Shown here: positions 37,877 through 40,040 of the stretch, in pieces
Position numbering within the stretch: position 1 is the stretch's first letter
Layout: each line of letters starts with the position of its first letter
From: Chiloscyllium plagiosum
Taxonomy: Eukaryota
Assembly (NCBI RefSeq): GCF_004010195.1
Contig: NW_025214179.1
Location: forward strand, 1 to 40,040
Reading direction: 5' to 3'
DNA length: 40,040 nt
Made by a program: the position numbers and the translations under genes
Notes under the pieces: generated by a model
Told to the model about the DNA's origin: nothing
The model's input: the letters and a program-made list of their open reading frames with translations, nothing else
The model's database searches: none

Positions 37877-38096
37877 CTGGTCAGTTAGCTGAGTTGGCTG
37901 GATGGCTGGTTTGTGATGCAGTGTGGTGCCAACAGCATCAATTCCAGCACCAGCTGAGATATCATAAAGGACTTTCCTTCTCAACCTCTCCCCTCACCTG
38001 AAACATGGTGAACCTTAGGTTAAACCACCACCAGTTGTCTCTCTCCAATGAAGAGCAGCCCTATGGGCTGGTAGACTATGGCAATTTTACTTTACT
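37877..38096 (+). mobile_element. tRNA-derived SINE nested in Gypsy gag
   Basis: tRNA-like head (gttagctgagttggctgg..tcaattcc), body ttaggttaaaccaccaccag, tail ending in short repeats tttactttact. Confidence 0.6.
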
Positions 38097-39316
38097 GCTT
38101 CAACCATAACTAAATGTCATCTGGTCCGGGTGATTCGCTACCTAGAGTTACCTGATCTGCCTTGTATTCCTCCTGAACCAAAATGCTGTATTAGAACTTC
38201 AATTATATCTGTTCTCTTAGCTTTATCAGGCAAAGTCACTGCCAACTTACATGCCAATTCAAGTAACCTGTTTTTTGGAAATCCACTTAATATTGTTGAG
38301 GACAATTCTGCCATCTGCAGGAAATCCTTTGCAACTTTCAATGGTATTTCTTAACTGATACCACAGGCAAAGCAGCCAATCCCCTCTCTTTCAAAATGAT
38401 GCTGCATGAGCCCCAATCTCTCGTTACAACTCACTTTGAAAAGCCCTGATTGTCAAGCTCTACTACTCCCAGAGTTATTAAACAAAGCATGCAAAGTCCC
38501 AGTTTCTCTGTCTGTTTGAATCTAGTTAACAGAAAATACTGACTAGGTTTTTCTATACTCTTTATTAGAAATAAGTAAATTCTAATCACAAGTAAACAGC
38601 TATGAACTGTCAACATATAGCTCAACTCGTTAAAACTCTAAACACCACCACCCCCACCCCCTCTATCGATGTACAGACAGATATAATGCAAACAAAAAAA
38701 CATTGGTTTCTTGGTGGATTGAAACTAAAACCAGGGAACCAGAATTCAATACACTAACTCACAAGGTTTGTTGAGATCATCCTTTTGCTTGCCAGGAAAT
38801 GGATAAATATGTGAAAACTAAAGATTTAAGGGGGAATGGGGCTAAGTGGTTGCTCTTTAAAGGCATAGACAAGTGGACTGAATGGGCCTCCTTTGCTGTG
38901 GAATTCTATCAAAACCAGAGCTTAGGTCTGAAATTGACTGAGTTAATAGTACCATCTTGTTTGGTCAGCAAGTCAAAGACTCAACCCAGTCTAGCATGTG
39001 AATATTCTACTGCAGTGCTGAGGGAGTGCAGTGTATTCTAAAGTGCTGACTTCAAATTTTGTTCCTTTTAAAAGCTAGCTATTACCTGAGTGTTGAGATG
39101 ACTGTCAAAGCAAGAAGTCTGTAATTTTAAAAATATTTCATCATCATGGTGTTTGGGGCTTCAGCAAACCAGGGTTGTCACCAGGTTTTGATTAATAGTC
39201 ACTGTTTCCAAAAGGAATTTACCATGTGCAGCACTTTTGGGTGTTGTGCCATATGAATAAACATTTTCCTCCTTTGTCATTTTTATGAAGTATAACAACT
39301 TTTTGTTTATCTTCAG

Positions 39317-39367
39317 GCCTTCAAGATTGGGAGAGTAGACTAATCATTTCAGATAGAGCCCATATTG
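39317..39367 (+). CDS. ADSS2: Adenylosuccinate synthetase coding exon (exon 4 equivalent), 51 bp, phase 1 to phase 1
   Basis: (G)LQDWESRLIISDRAHI, containing the AdSS LIISDRAH motif. Acceptor ttttgtttatcttcag, donor gtaagt at 39368. The gene continues beyond the window. Confidence 0.95.
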
Positions 39368-39804
39368 GTAAGTTGAATTATTGCTATTAAAATGCTCTCT
39401 GATGAAAACTGAACTCCTCTTGCTTTTTAGTAGGCTGCATTACCTTGCTGCTTCTTTCATGAAATGCTGTGCTGTTGTCACAGATTATGATCATATACAG
39501 TACTTTCTGCGTCCAGTGAAAACATTTAATTCCCAACCATGATGGTAGATTTTGTTGTCTCTTTCCACTATTTTGATCTATTGGTGTTTATTTCATTGGG
39601 GAAAAAAAAAACCCACTGCTTATTACCCCACTTGATGTGTTTTTATCACCTCCAGTGAAAGATTGTTCTTGGGTGCTGTATAACAGCATTTGAGCCTTCA
39701 TAAAATACCTTTGCTCTTATATTAGAAATTTGGCAGTGAAAACAATTAAACAGCTTCAGTCCACAATGCAGTGGGCTCACAGTGCAAACTGAATAATGTA
39801 GTAA

Positions 39805-39931
39805 TAACAAAATACTGGAAATCTAAAGGAGGTCCAAAAAATACTGGAAATATTCATTCAGGAAGTCTGGCAACATGTATGGAGAGAAAAGAAAAGGTTG
39901 ACATTTCGAGTCTATGAACTTTGATCAGAAC
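39805..39931 (-). mobile_element. Old PLE terminal fragment with decayed hammerhead
   Basis: - strand GTT-CTGATCA-AAGTTCATAGACTC-GAAA-T-GTC-AAC, followed by a PLE-type end. Confidence 0.6.
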
Positions 39932-40040
39932 AGGCGGCAGAGTAGTTCAGCAGACATATTGAGAAAGCAAAGTCATATAGTTGTCCACTGGAAAATAAAA
40001 TGTTATTTACTTTATGTAAAGTTTGTCAGCTGTATTATTA

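Larger units (their letters stand above)
35690..38790 (-). mobile_element. Decayed Gypsy (Gmr1-like) element: probable 5' LTR, tRNA-Pro-type PBS, gag, protease
   Basis: PBS-like TTGGGGCTCAT (38416-38406). Gag N-terminus KNRLLELACKL..KRTDIIEVLIQHF, then MRKLELE..FCMPIEKTARQVNW..WTL, and protease region VDLLLGNDLAG..FPLCAVTREMAK. Interrupted by CR1 tails, a PLE fold-back and a SINE. Confidence 0.8.

Overview
Eukaryotic, repeat-rich genomic DNA from a cartilaginous fish. The HE1/V-SINE, CR1/HER1 and DeuSINE repertoire points to a shark, but the species cannot be fixed from the sequence alone. The window lies inside one + strand gene, adenylosuccinate synthetase (best match ADSS2). Three short coding exons (28258-28360, 31331-31399, 39317-39367) have canonical AG/GT ends and compatible phases. 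I found no upstream exon, so 1-28257 is probably part of a >28 kb first intron. The rest is intronic and full of decayed CR1/L2 LINEs, SINEs, Gypsy remnants, two solo LTRs with target-site duplications (TSDs), and many Penelope-like element (PLE) pieces. Most listed ORFs are TE fragments or chance. Most interesting: (1) PLE-derived fold-back insertions carrying hammerhead ribozyme cores, whose inversion points repeatedly fall inside the ribozyme, including a 91-bp-arm hairpin at 29099-29285; (2) a tandem polypyrimidine-AG|GT site at 10578-10627 resembling a recursive splice site with a 24-nt stop-containing microexon; (3) a young-looking sense-oriented solo LTR in intron 1; (4) a decayed tRNA-Asn gene. 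Boundaries of old repeats are approximate, and family names come from motif recognition, not database searches.
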